64,000 nucleotides of DNA from Macrostomum lignano (lineage: Eukaryota). The notes beneath the pieces were generated by a model. The model was not told where the DNA came from. It saw only the letters and a list, made by a program, of their open reading frames with translations, and did not search any database. Position numbers and translations under genes: made by a program. The stretch's first letter is position 1. Every line of letters starts with the position of its first letter. Shown here piece after piece: positions 51,545-64,000 of the stretch. Location: contig NIVC01001938.1 in assembly GCA_002269645.1 (NCBI GenBank), positions 124,001 through 188,000 of the forward strand, given 5' to 3'.

Positions 51545-52190
51545 CTCAGTTGCTGGGCCACGGCCAGCCTCCCAGATCCTCAGTTGCTGGGCCACGGCCA
51601 GCCTCCCAGATCCTCAGTTGCTGGGCCAGCCTCCCAGGTCCTCAGTTGCTGGGCCAGCCTCCCAAATCCTCAGTTGCTGAGCCATCCTCCCACTCCCAGA
51701 GTGTCAGTTGCTGGGCCAACCTCCCAGAGTGTCAGTTGCTGGGACAGCCTCCCAGATCCTCAGTTGCTGGGACAGCCTCCCAGATCCTCAGTTGCTGGGC
51801 CAGCCTCCCAGATCCCCAGTTGCTGTCCCGGCTTCCCAGATCCCCAGTTGCTGTCCCAGCCTCCCAAATCCCCAGTTGCTGGGCCAGCCTCCCAGATCCC
51901 TAGTTCTGTCCCGGCTTCCCTGATCCCCAGTTGCTGGGCCAGTCTCCCAGATCCCTAGTTGCTGTCCCGGCTTCCCTGATCCCCAGTTGCTGGGCCAGTC
52001 TCCCAGATCCTCAGTTTCTAGGCCAGTCTCCCAGATCCTCAGTTTCTGGGCCAGTCTCCCAGATCCTCAGTTGCTGGGACAGCCTCCCAGATCCCTAGTT
52101 GCTGTCCCGGCTTCCCTGATCCCCAGTTGCTGGGGCATCCTCCCAGATCCCTAGTTGCTGTCCCGGCTTCCCTGATCCCCAGTTGCTGAC
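51545..52190. repeat. ~28-bp minisatellite downstream of RIOK1
   Basis: CAGTTGCTGGGCCAGCCTCCCAGATCCT variants. Confidence 0.9.
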
Positions 52191-52589
52191 TACAGTACAG
52201 CTCATTTCCCAGGTAGCGAAGCACCGTTACTAGCTGGATAAATAGATTCGCTTTGAGAGTAGAATATAGATTTAAGCGACGTAACTGGAAATGTGTCTAC
52301 CTTCCTGTGTATATAGGAATCTATAACATTTTTCGCATATTATTGATAACCTGCATTGAGTACCGCTCATTGTAACTAGCCAGTCGTTGTATTTCTATTC
52401 GTCTGTCTTCTTAGATCTGTTTGGCTAAAATATACGCTGGTTTGTTTGTTGCTCGTTGAGTCATTAGCAGCCTGTATTGTTAGTTTAGAGTGATAAATTC
52501 TTGACCTACGAGTTTGAGTCTCCTTTTTGAATTTTACTCTGCTTTAGTTTATTCTCTTGTACTTTAAAAGCGTGTTTTATAGTCGAAGT

Positions 52590-53210
52590 TCCCACCCAAT
52601 CCTGTCACTACCCTTTTCCCATCCCAGTCCTGTCACAGTGTACCTTTTTCTCACCCCAATCCTGTCACAGTACCCATTTCCCATCCAATCTTGTCACAGT
52701 AGCCATTTCCCACCCCATCCTCTATCCCAGTACCCATTTCCCACCCATCCTCTATCCCAGTACCCATTTCCCACCCATCCTCTATCCCAGTACCCATTTC
52801 CCACCCATCCTCTATCCCAGTAGCCATTTCCCACCCCATTCTCTATCCCAGTACCCGTTTCCCACCCAATTCTCTATCCCAGTACCCATTTCCCACCCCA
52901 TCCTCTATCCCAGTACCCATTTCCCACCCCATTCTCTATCCCAGTACCCGTTTCCCACCCAATTCTCTATCCCAGTACCCAAATCCCACCCCATCCTCTA
53001 TCCCAGTACCCATTTCCCACCCCATCCTCTATCCCAGTACCCAAATCCCACCCCATCCTCTATCTCAGTACCCATTTCCCACCCCATCCTCTATCCCAGT
53101 ACCCAAATCCCACCCCATCCTCTATCCAGTACCCATTTCCCACCCATCCTCTATCCCAGTACCCATTTCCCACCCAATTCTCTATCCCAGTACCCATTTA
53201 CCACCCCAAT
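52590..53210. repeat. 30-31-bp minisatellite upstream of ASCC3
   Basis: CCATCCTCTATCCCAGTACCCATTTCCCACC variants. Confidence 0.9.
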
Positions 53211-53337
53211 CGTCTGTCAGAGTACCTATTTCCTACAAATCTATGTCTCTAGCCCAACATTTTTTTTCGTTTTCTCTTAACAAATGGGTTTCGAGAAACT
53301 CAGGCTTTACAATCACAATTTGATGCTAATTAGCAGC

Positions 53338-56300
53338 ATGCCTCATCCTAGTCCGTCAGCATCCGTTCTGCCTCGCTTCACAACAGCATTGCGCGTGTTT
53401 TCTAACGCTGATGAACAACAAGCAGACGATCGCGCATTGCCAGTCAGTCCCGCAGTACTGGCCAATGACGATCTTGATGCTAAACGTCGTTGGCGTTTTG
53501 AACGCGCTCAACAGAACGCACTCGATTGGCCTAAACTTTTAACTAGATTAAAGTCTCGAACTAGTTCAACAGGCAATTTAAACAAAATAGCGGACGATGC
53601 TGATGCATTGTTGAGATCCGCTGTTGGCACCGACTCGCCAGACTGGCGCGTTAGTTGCGCGCAATTCTTTATGAGCGCTTGCCGTCCATTAGAAGCCACG
53701 CTGAGAATGCGAGACCAGCTCAAACGGAACACCGGATGCTCAGACACGGCACTGATTGATCGAACTATAGCAGCCTGTCGCAGATTAGCAGAAGCTGTTG
53801 GTCCAGATTGGAACGAAGCGATAGATTCTGTTGATGTTAAAAATGGAGACGTTGATAAATCGGACTCAACTGAGACTATGTTTGGTCAGACTGTTAAGTT
53901 CAACGATGCTCTAACAGATTTCGATGCAAAGAATTCTGCCGACGTTGAAGAGTACAACGAGAACTTTTTTGCCGCCCCAGACGAGGGCGACAATGTGCCG
54001 TCTTATATACAGAATTTTTCGCTTGCTTATAAACCACAGCAATCTAAGCAGCAGACTACTGAGTTGAGTAGGCAGTCTGTTCAGTATAATCTAAATTGGC
54101 TAGCTGCACTGACAGGCGCGGAGCTTGCTGAACCAACAGCTGCCGTGCTTGAATCAGCCGGCAGCGATGACTCTATTCAAAATGAACTATTAGAGCTGCT
54201 CGGATTCGAACGGATCGAAGTGATTGCCGAGATACTGGAAAGTCGGACTAAATTTCTGCAGCAGCGAAATCTTGCCGATGAGAAACTTGACGACAAGGTG
54301 AGAATGAGAACAAGATTGAGTATCCTATATTAAGCTGCGATGATGCGGAAGTTGAGCCATAACTTAGTCCGATATAATAGAAGCGAATTATCATAGCGGC
54401 AGTTTCGCCATTTTTTCAGGCCGGTGCAATGAGGTTAAAATCAACTTTACCATTTTCCGTTGGTGTATAAAATGGGATTTTAGATTATTGAGATCCCCTC
54501 AGCTTGCTATAGAATATTTTCCTCAATTCATTTACGATACTACATCTACTTACTAAATGATAGATTGCGCACGATTGCAATCGCAAAGTGGAAAACAGTA
54601 GGTCACTGTCTGCAATTTCTAGACATATGGAAATTTAATCATCAGGACGATATCAAATGCAAAACATCTAGCAGGTTGCCTGAAGCACCTTTTTGAGTTG
54701 CTATCGATATAGCTTTACATCAGTCGTCTTTAATTAAAGATGTTATACGATTTACCTAACGAATGGCGTCCTATACGCCTAAAAATATACGTTGGGACCC
54801 GCATTTTTGCTTTGAAAGATTCAAAGATTCAAGATAAGTGGTGTATGTGTATTGCAAATTTGGGTGCAGCAGAAAAGGTTGTTATGCCCGTTAAAGGCGT
54901 TACCGTGAAAAAAAATCGCTAAAGAGTCTTTGCAAGCAACTTACTAGTTGACTCTAGAGACTGGAGCGACTCTTGCGACTTTTTTAACGACTAAAACGAC
55001 TGCAATGCGACAGAGAGGCGACTGTTGAGTCCCATGAGCGCATTACGTGAGTTGCAGAATTAGTCAGAGTCGCGAAAATAGACGTTGTAGCGCTTGACCT
55101 TCTACTAACTCAGTAGACTAAATGCAAAATGCGATTCTAATTCATTAAGTGACGCAACCCCGTGATTCTACAGCGACTCTAACACGCATCAGATATGACT
55201 CTACGACTTCAGAGTCATTATACTTCAGTAGAAGCGCCACAGGGTCACTTGCGTCGCCCCAGAGTCCTTTCAGAGATAAAGATAATAGAACGCCTCGAAT
55301 TGACATAGGCGACTCTTTGACGACTTTTTGGCGACTTGTACCATGACATCTCGTCGTTCTCAAGTCGTCTAGAGTCACTTCTTTCCTATTTACAAGTAAC
55401 CTGTGCTACCTGCAACGACTCAGGCGACGCAAGGGATTCTGGGACGCTTCTCGGCCTAGGTACAGTTTTCATCGGGTAGCTATTGTACTTCTATTATAAA
55501 ATAACATAATATGCATCATACTACGCAGCTTGGCTAATCAAACTGATATAAACAGGTGACAATTCTAAAAAAAGTAAAAGGCGATAAATTCTACATAAAA
55601 AAATTATGCTGGATAGTTTTTTTCTGAACGAAACATGATTTTTAATCTCATGGAATGCTTCTTAATTAGAGTAGAAAAAGCACTAATTGATCTCTTTCGT
55701 GAGAGAAAGCTTTAAAGAAAATAATGGGATATCAGTTAAGCAACGGGGTGGAGCCAAAACAGTGGGGAGTCCAAGAAAAGACACGATTTCTGGTCTTACT
55801 ATTGACAGAAAGCATACATGCGCAACAGTCGGCCGATCCGGCCGACCGTTTTGGCGGCCAACCAAGGTAAGTCGCAAAAATGCCCAGCCCAAAAACAGAC
55901 GTAGTACTAATTATATGACGAGGCATTAAGCCCTTATAAGACACACATAGTTACTCCTGCCGTCTACCCAAAATTGCGTAAATTTTGCTTTAGGGTTTCA
56001 TTTACATGTAAGTCGCATTTTGGCCAAAAACTACGTCGCATTTCTGTTAAAACTAAGTCGCACGGCCGACAAAATTTTGGAGGTTGCGCATGTATGACAG
56101 AAAGCGTGCACAAAAATTGATCGCATCCCCAGAGAGATCCGACAGCCGCCGAGGACCAGTTGATTGACAGTTTAATATCCAGCCAGCAGGCTCACGCGCG
56201 CAGCTACGCGGAGGGCCCCAAAATGCCTACGGGTCCCGGTCGCTTGGCTGGCACCAATGCTCGCTATCCGTTTGTATTCGACGAACTTGCTGACGCTCTG

Positions 56301-59300
56301 CGTCGATCCGCTTATATTGCTGGCGCTTCCGTGATGCTACCGTCTACGGCTACGCAACGATCGACGCCGAAATTCGACGAAGTGACCCTGCCGCCTAGCT
56401 CGGCCAAGCCCACTCACGTTGGCGCTAATCGGGTGCCGCTAGCCGAACTAGACGAGCTGACCCAGCGAGCCTTTCCCGGCACTAGTCATCTAAACGCTAT
56501 ACAAACTGTAGTATTCGATTCCGCTTATAAGACTAACGAGAATTTGTTGATCTGCGCCCCAACTGGCGCCGGTAAAACTAACATTGCTATGCTCACTGTT
56601 CTGCACGAGATCAAACAAAACATTGGACCTGGCGGCGTTATTAGACGAGACGATTTTAAAATTGTCTACGTCTGCCCTATGAAAGCTTTGGCAGCCGAGA
56701 TGACCGCCAATTTTGGTAAACGTTTGGCACCGTTGGGCCTCACAGTTCGCGAGTGCACCGGCGATATGCAGCTAACTAAAGCTGAGATTGCTCAAACTCA
56801 AATGCTGCTAGTAACGCCAGAGAAATGGGATGTGTTGACTAGAAAATCCATTGGCGACGTGGGACTCACTCAACTAGTGAAGCTGCTAATTATTGACGAA
56901 GTTCACCTGTTGCACGACGAGCGCGGTGCTGTGATTGAGTCTATTGTGGCTCGCACGCTTCGTCAGGTGGAATCGTCGCAAAAAATGATTCGAATTGTTG
57001 GCTTATCGGCCACTCTGCCTAATTACCTGGATGTTGCCCAGTTTCTCAGAGTCAATCCATACAAGGGTTTGTTCTTCTTTGACGCCAGGTTCAGGCCCGT
57101 GCCGTTGGGCACTAGCTTTGTTGGTATTAAAAGTACAAATATTATGCAGCAACAGCAGGACTTTATGGACGTGTGCTTTGATAAGGTGTGTATATCTTTT
57201 CGCTCTTGAAAGTGTTTCATTTCGCAGTTGCTTTAATAGCTTTACGAGTATTTATAGTTTCCGTTACACTTCTTTAAGATCGCATTGCTTGTACTAACCT
57301 TAACGTTTGGCCGTTAAGGGTAGCTTGGGGTCACTCCCATGTATCCCACCTGTGATTAGCTTGGGGTCACTCATATGTATACCACCTGTGATTAGCTTGG
57401 GGTCACTCCCATGTATCCCACCTGTGATTAGCTTGGGGTCACTCCCATGTATCTGACCTGTGATTAGCTTGGGGTCACTCCTGTATTTCACATATGATTA
57501 GCTTTGGGTTACTCTCATGTATCCCACCTGTGATTAGCTTGGGGTCACTCCTATGTATCCCACCTGTGATTAGCTTGGGGTCACTCCTGTATTTCACATA
57601 TGATTAGCTTTGGGTTACTCTCATGTATCCCACCTGTGATTAGCTTGGGGTCACTCCTATGTATCCCACCTGTGATTAGCTTGGGGTCACTCCTGTATTT
57701 CACATATGATTAGCTTTGGGTTACTCTCATGTATCCCACCTGTGATTAGCTTGGGGTCACTCCTATGTATCCCACCTGTGATTAGCTTGGGGTCACTCCT
57801 GTATTTCACATATGATTAGCTTTGGGTTACTCTCATGTATCCCACCTGTGATTAGCTTGGGGTCACTCCTGTATTTCACCTATGATTAGCTTTGGGTTAC
57901 TCCCCATGCATCTTACCTGTTAATAGCTTGGAAAAATCCCGAACAGAAGTTTAGCTTGGGATTCCATTATATATGTATGTATCTGAGATCTGCGTATAGT
58001 TTGACTGTTTGCAGGTTAAGTAGACCTGACCGCGGTTAGTACGCATTTTCTGCATCTTCTAGTTAAAAACGGTCTACCTTGTAAATGACAAACTCAGGTA
58101 GTGGAGCAAGTGCGCCAAGGCGAACAAGTGATGGTGTTTGTCCACTCGCGCCCGGAGACTCGCAAGACGGCTATTCGTCTCCGCGAGATGGCCAGAGAAT
58201 CTGGTGCTATTAAATACTTTTTACCAGCCGATCCAAACACCTCAGACTATGGCCGCGCGCTCAAGGAGGTGGGCCGGTCGCATAACCAAGCCTTCAAAGA
58301 GCTGTTCGCAGACGGATTCACCATTCATAACGCTGGCATGCTGCGGTCGGATCGCAATCTAGCTGAGAAGTACTTTGCCCAGGGCATGATTCGATGCTTA
58401 GTGTGCACTGCCACCTTAGCCTGGGGCGTCAATCTGCCAGCTCACGCGGTTATTATCAAGGGTACACAAATCTACAACGCTGAAAAGTCCACTTTTGTCG
58501 ATCTTGGCATCCTAGATGTGCAGCAGATATTTGGCCGAGCTGGTAGGCCACAGTTTGACAAGGTCGGCTATGGCACTATTATTACTACTCACGACAAGCT
58601 TAGCCGCTACCTGACACTCATGTGCAGCAGGAATCCTATTGAGAGTAGCTTCATGATTGGCTTAGCCGACAATCTCAACGCTGAAGTTGCCCTAGGCACC
58701 GTGGCTAACACAGAGGAAGCGGTTCGTTGGCTTAGCTACACTTATCTGCACGTTCGGATGAAGCTTAATCCGCTAGTGTACGGAATTAGTCCCAATCAGT
58801 TTGCTACGGATCCTAATTTGGAAAATCACCGACTTGCTTTGATCACGCTGGCGGCTAGAAAGCTGGATAGCGCCAGAATGATTCGATTTGATGAACGAAC
58901 TGGCTATTTGGCTAGCACCGATCTGGGCAGAATTGCCAGCCATTTCTATATTAAATTCAACACTGTCGAAGTTTGGAACGATGAATTGTCCGCTCTGTTG
59001 CCTAATGAAAAAGTTCTGTCTGTTGTGTCCAAGTCTAAAGAATTTGAGCAGGTCAAAGTGCGCGAGGAAGAACTGCCGGAATTGGATCAGGCTGTGCATA
59101 ATTCTTGTCAGTTTTCCACTGGCGGAGTTGAGAATAGCGAAGGAAAAGTAAGTGAGAGATTGTGTGGGGCTATGGTAGATTGTGTGAGGCTAGGGTAGAT
59201 TGAGAGAGGCTAGGGTAGATTGAGTGGGGCTATGGTAGATTGTGAGAGGCTAGGGTAGATTGAGTGAGGCTAGGGTTGGCTTGTGTGGGGCTAGGGTAGA

Positions 59301-62300
59301 TTGTGTCAGGCTAGGGTAGATTGTGTCAGGCTAGGGTATATTGTGTCAGGCTAGGGTAGATTGTGTCAGGCTAGGGTAGATTGAGTGAGGCTAGGGTAAG
59401 ATTGAGTGAGTCTAGAGTAAGATTGAGTGAGGCTAGGGTAGATTGAGTCAGGCTAGGGTAGATTGAGTGAGGCTAGGGTAGATTGAGTCAGGCTAGGGTA
59501 GATTGTGGGGAGCTATGGTAATAAATAGCAGAGAAGCTAATCAGACTGCAAATGACGCTGCCATTATACCAGAAACTGCCAAATCCCCTCAGGTGAGCGC
59601 CCTACTCCAGGTGTACATCGATCGCCAGTCGATAGAAACAGCTTCTCTCGTATCCGACCAAGCCTACGTGGTGCAGAACTGCTCCCGAGTAGTTCAGGCC
59701 CTATTCGAGTACTGCATGCGCAAGGGCTGGCCACAGGCCGCCAGCAGCCTGCTGACCTGGTCCAAGTGCATCAACAGACGCCTGTGGCCGGATGCTCACC
59801 CGTTGAGACAGTTCGACGGCGGCCTGCTCAGGTGGGACATTGTTGACAAACTGGAACGGGCTGGTCCGGCGGCTAACAGTGTGGAAGCGTTGCGCGAGAT
59901 GCCGAGGGCCGAGCTAGACGCAATTATTCGATTGAGAGGCTACTCTGAGGATGTGCGTAGGTTGGCTTGGAATTTTCCGCTAGTCGAATTGGAGGCAGCG
60001 TTTCAGCCGATTACTCGGACTATTCTGCGAGTTCGACTGGAGGTGCGGCCTCATTTTCATTGGAACGATCGAATTCACGGAAAGGTGAGTTGTTGCTTAT
60101 GTTCAATGACGTCATCGCTGTATCATTGACCAGAGATGTCATGGAATAGAATGTTAATTAGCGGGACATTTCAATATATGACTATATTAATATTCTTATA
60201 ATATTAATTAATAACTATATTATTCATATCATTAACTCACTGGTAGCCTCATAAACTAACTAGTAGCGTCATAAACTAACTAGTAGCCTCATAAACTAAC
60301 TAGTAGCCTCATAAACTAACTAGTAGCCTCATAAACTAACTAGTAGCCTCATAAACTAACTAGTAACCTCATAAACTAACTAGTAGCCTCATAAACTAAC
60401 TAGTAGCCTCATAAACTAACTAGTAACCTCACAAACTAACTAGTAGCCTCATAAACTAACTAGTAGCCTCAAGAACTAACTAGTAGCCTCATAAACTAAC
60501 TAGTAGCCTCATAAACTAACTAGTAGCCTCATAAACTAACTAGTAACCTCACAAACTAACTAGTAGCCTCATAAACTAACTAGTAGCCTCAAGAACTAAC
60601 TAGTAGCCTCATAAACTAACTAGTAGCCTCATAAACTAACTAGTAGCCTCATAAACTAACTAGTAGCCTCATAAACTATAGTAACCTCATAAACTAACTA
60701 GTAGCCTCATAAACTAACTAGTAGCCTCATAAACTAACTAGTAACCTCACAAACTAACTAGTAGCCTCATAAACTAACTAGTAGCCTCAAGAACTAACTA
60801 GTAGCCTCATAAACTAACTAGTAGCCTCAAGAACTAACTAGTAGCCTCAACATGAACCAACTAGTAACCTCATAAACTAACTAGTAGCCTCAAAAACTAA
60901 CTAGTAGCCTCATAAACTAACTAGTAGCCTCATAAACTAACTAGTAAACTCATAAACTAACTAGTAAACTCATAAACTAACTAATAGCCTCATAAACTAA
61001 CTAATAACCCCATAAACTAACTAGTAACCTCAAGAACTAACTAGTAGCCTCAACATGAACCAACTAGTAACCTCAAGAACTAACTAGTAGCCTCAACATG
61101 AACCAACTAGTAACCTCACAAACTAACTAGTAGCCTCATAAGCTAACTAGTAGCCTCATAAACTAACTAGTAGCCTCAAGAACTAACTAGTAGCCTCATA
61201 AACTAACTAGTAACCTCATAAACTAACTAGTAGCCTCATAAACTAACTAGTAGCCTCATAAACTAACTAGTAACCTCACAAACTAACTAGTAGCCTCATA
61301 AACTAACTAGTAGCCTCAAGAACTAACTAGTAGCCTCATAAACTAACTAGTAGCCTCAAGAACTAACTAGTAGCCTCAACATGAACCAACTAGTAACCTC
61401 ATAAACTAACTAGTAGCCTCATAAACTAACTAGTAGCCTCATAAACTAACTAGTAAACTCATAAACTAACTAGTAAACTCATAAACTAACTAGTAAACTC
61501 ATAAACTAACTAATAGCCTCATAAACTAACTAATAACCCCATAAACTAACTAGTAACCTCAAGAACTAACTAGTAGCCTCAACATGAACCAACTAGTAAC
61601 CTCAAGAACTAACTAGTAGCCTCAACATGAACCAACTAGTAACCTCACAAACTAACTAGTAGCCTCATAAGCTAACTAGTAACCTCACAAACTAACTAGT
61701 AACCTCACAAACTAACTAGTAACCTATCTAACTAAGTACTAACTAGTAGCCTTGCTAGTAACCTAAACTAGAAATATCAGTAATTCGCATGCCCGAAAAA
61801 AAGCCTGATTACAAAAAGTGTATTTTTCAAAAAGAATTCGTACCAAGGAAGATCTGGAAGGAAATATCTATTTCATCAATATCAATATAGTACAGAAAAA
61901 TAAACAATAGTGAAAACTTTCGTAGCTTGCCTACTTACACTAGTAGTCTGTTGCAAATGCGTCTATCTCCGATCTGTATATTATATTACTTATTATTTGA
62001 ACTTTCCCAGGTTGCCGAATCTTTCTGGGTGTGGGTTGAGGACACCGACAATCAGCACGTGTACCACAGCGACATGGTGCAGCTATCGCGCAAATCTGTA
62101 CAACGCAACGAGCCGGCTGTTCTAGCTTTCACCATACCGATATTTGAGCCGCTGCCTACTCATTACGTCATTCGATGCGAAAGCGAACGCTGGCTACACG
62201 CCGGCGACACCTACGTGCTCAGCTTCAAGCACCTGCGCCTGCCGCAGAGCCATCCGCCGCATTCCGAGCTGCTGGACTTGAATCCCCTACCTGTTAGCGT

Positions 62301-62657
62301 GCTGAAGGCGCCTCAATTTGAGTCCATCTGCTCCTTTACTCACATGAACCCGGTGCAGACTCAGGTATTTCACGCTGCTTATCACACCGATTGCAACCTG
62401 CTGGTTGGCGCCCCGACTGGCAGCGGCAAAACCTTCATCGCCGAGCTGGCCATCTTCCGGGTGTTCAAAACCAAGCCGGGCCTCAAGTGCGTCTACATTG
62501 CGCCGCTGAAAGCGCTGGTCAGGGAGAGGATCAACGATTGGAAAAAGAAACTGGAGCCTATGAATAAGAAGGTGAGGTGGCGACTGGTAGATTGCTGAAT
62601 AGATAGATAGATGGATAGATGGATAGATAGATAGATGGATAGATAGATAGATAGATG

Positions 62658-62720
<63 letters not shown>

Positions 62721-62777
62721 GGATAGATAGATAGATAGATAGATAGATGGATAGATAGATAGATAGATAGATAGATG

Positions 62778-62855
<78 letters not shown>

Positions 62856-62868
62856 CAGATAGATAGAT

Positions 62869-62907
<39 letters not shown>

Positions 62908-62948
62908 GGATAGATGGATTAGATAGATAGATAGATAGATGGATAGAT

Positions 62949-63033
<85 letters not shown>

Positions 63034-63063
63034 CAGATAGATAGATAGATAGATAGATAGATG

Positions 63064-63098
<35 letters not shown>

Positions 63099-63228
63099 GG
63101 ATAGATGGATTAGATAGATAGATAGATAGATGGATAGATAGATAGATGGATAGACAGATAGATAGATAGATAGATGGATAGATAGATAGATGGATAGATG
63201 GATAGACAGATAGATAGATAGATAGATG

Positions 63229-63283
<55 letters not shown>

Positions 63284-63316
63284 GGATTAGATAGATGGAT
63301 AGATATAGATAGATAT

Positions 63317-63349
<33 letters not shown>

Positions 63350-63392
63350 GATAGATAGGTAGATAGATAGGTAGATAGATAGATAGATAGAC

Positions 63393-63431
<39 letters not shown>

Positions 63432-63980
63432 AGGGTTGATAGATAGATAGATAGAAGGGTTGATAGATAGATAGATAGATAGAAAAGACACACACAATTG
63501 ACTATTCACCTCTCCCTCAAAGCCACCCCGTCCACCGATCCCAGGTTGTAGAGCTCACTGGCGACGTCGCGCCCGACATGAAAGCCGTGGCCGCAGCCGA
63601 CCTGATCGTGACCACTCCGGAGAAATGGGACGGCTGCTCCCGCAGCTGGCAGCAGCGCCAGTACGTGCAACAGGTGGCGCTGCTGGTCATTGACGAGATT
63701 CACCTGCTTGGCGAGGACCGCGGCCCTGTGCTAGAAGTTATCGTGTCACGTACCAATTTTATTTGTTCTCACACGAAGCGCCCAGTTCGAGTTGTCGGTT
63801 TGAGCACAGCTCTGGCCAATGCTCAGGATTTGTCCGACTGGCTGGGCATCAGGGAGTCGCTGGGCATGTACAACTTCAGGCCCTCTGTGCGCCCGGTTCC
63901 GCTGGAGGTGCACATTCAGGGCTACCCGGGGAGGCACTACTGCCCCAGGATGGCGTCTATGAACAAGCCTGCGTTTCAGG
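53338..63980 (+). CDS. ASCC3: Activating signal cointegrator 1 complex subunit 3 (tandem Ski2-like helicase), partial; continues beyond window
   Basis: Exons 53338-54297, 56133-57185, 58098-59147, 59593-60084, 62011-62571 and 63545-63980 join in frame. N-terminal [13 protein letters not shown] resembles the ASCC3 start. First cassette: [32 protein letters not shown]. Sec63 region. Second cassette: [19 protein letters not shown]. The start codon is the least certain part. Confidence 0.92.
57315..57925. repeat. ~36-bp minisatellite with a 106-bp higher-order repeat, ASCC3 intron 2
   Basis: CCTGTGATTAGCTTGGGGTCACTCC.. monomers. The variant TGTATTTCACATATG recurs at 57482, 57588, 57694 and 57800. 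Confidence 0.9.
59158..59515. repeat. 20-bp minisatellite in ASCC3 intron 3
   Basis: AGATTG(T/A)GT(C/G)AGGCTAGGGT, about 17 copies starting just after the donor. Confidence 0.9.
60240..61765. repeat. 20-bp minisatellite in ASCC3 intron 4
   Basis: CTAGTAGCCTCATAAACTAA, about 75 copies. Confidence 0.95.
62597..63485. repeat. Imperfect (GATA)n microsatellite in ASCC3 intron 5
   Basis: About 890 bp of AGAT units with GGAT/AGAC variants. Confidence 0.95.
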
Positions 63981-64000
63981 GTGCGCCACTGCTGGGCGGA

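Overview
Eukaryotic, intron-containing, repeat-rich animal DNA. Gene style and intronic minisatellites suggest a free-living flatworm such as Macrostomum (inference only). The left ~42 kb is an accessory, transposon-dense zone built around a tandem cluster of five minus-strand GT32 (DXD) glycosyltransferase genes. Interspersed with them are two Crypton-type tyrosine-recombinase elements, TA-flanked MITEs, a Tc1/mariner deletion derivative, a Ginger/Gypsy-like integrase fragment, a LINE tail, a THAP/P-element relic and several satellites. The right ~22 kb holds two conserved plus-strand genes, RIOK1 (4 exons) and ASCC3 (6 exons visible, continues beyond the window); most of their introns carry their own tandem array. 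The standout is an apparently intact 5.45-kb PIF/Harbinger-ISL2EU-Spy (PHIS) group DNA transposon (12034-17486). Its single 978-aa ORF fuses a C2H2-HTH-DDE transposase to a ubiquitin-specific protease (C19)-like domain with an intact-looking Cys/His/Asp triad. Its long TIRs contain a variable number of 161-bp tandem units, and it sits in an AAA|TTT site with no TSD. The GT32 cluster shows patchwork near-identity consistent with gene conversion, and one copy is clearly chimeric. All assignments are by eye; no searches were run.
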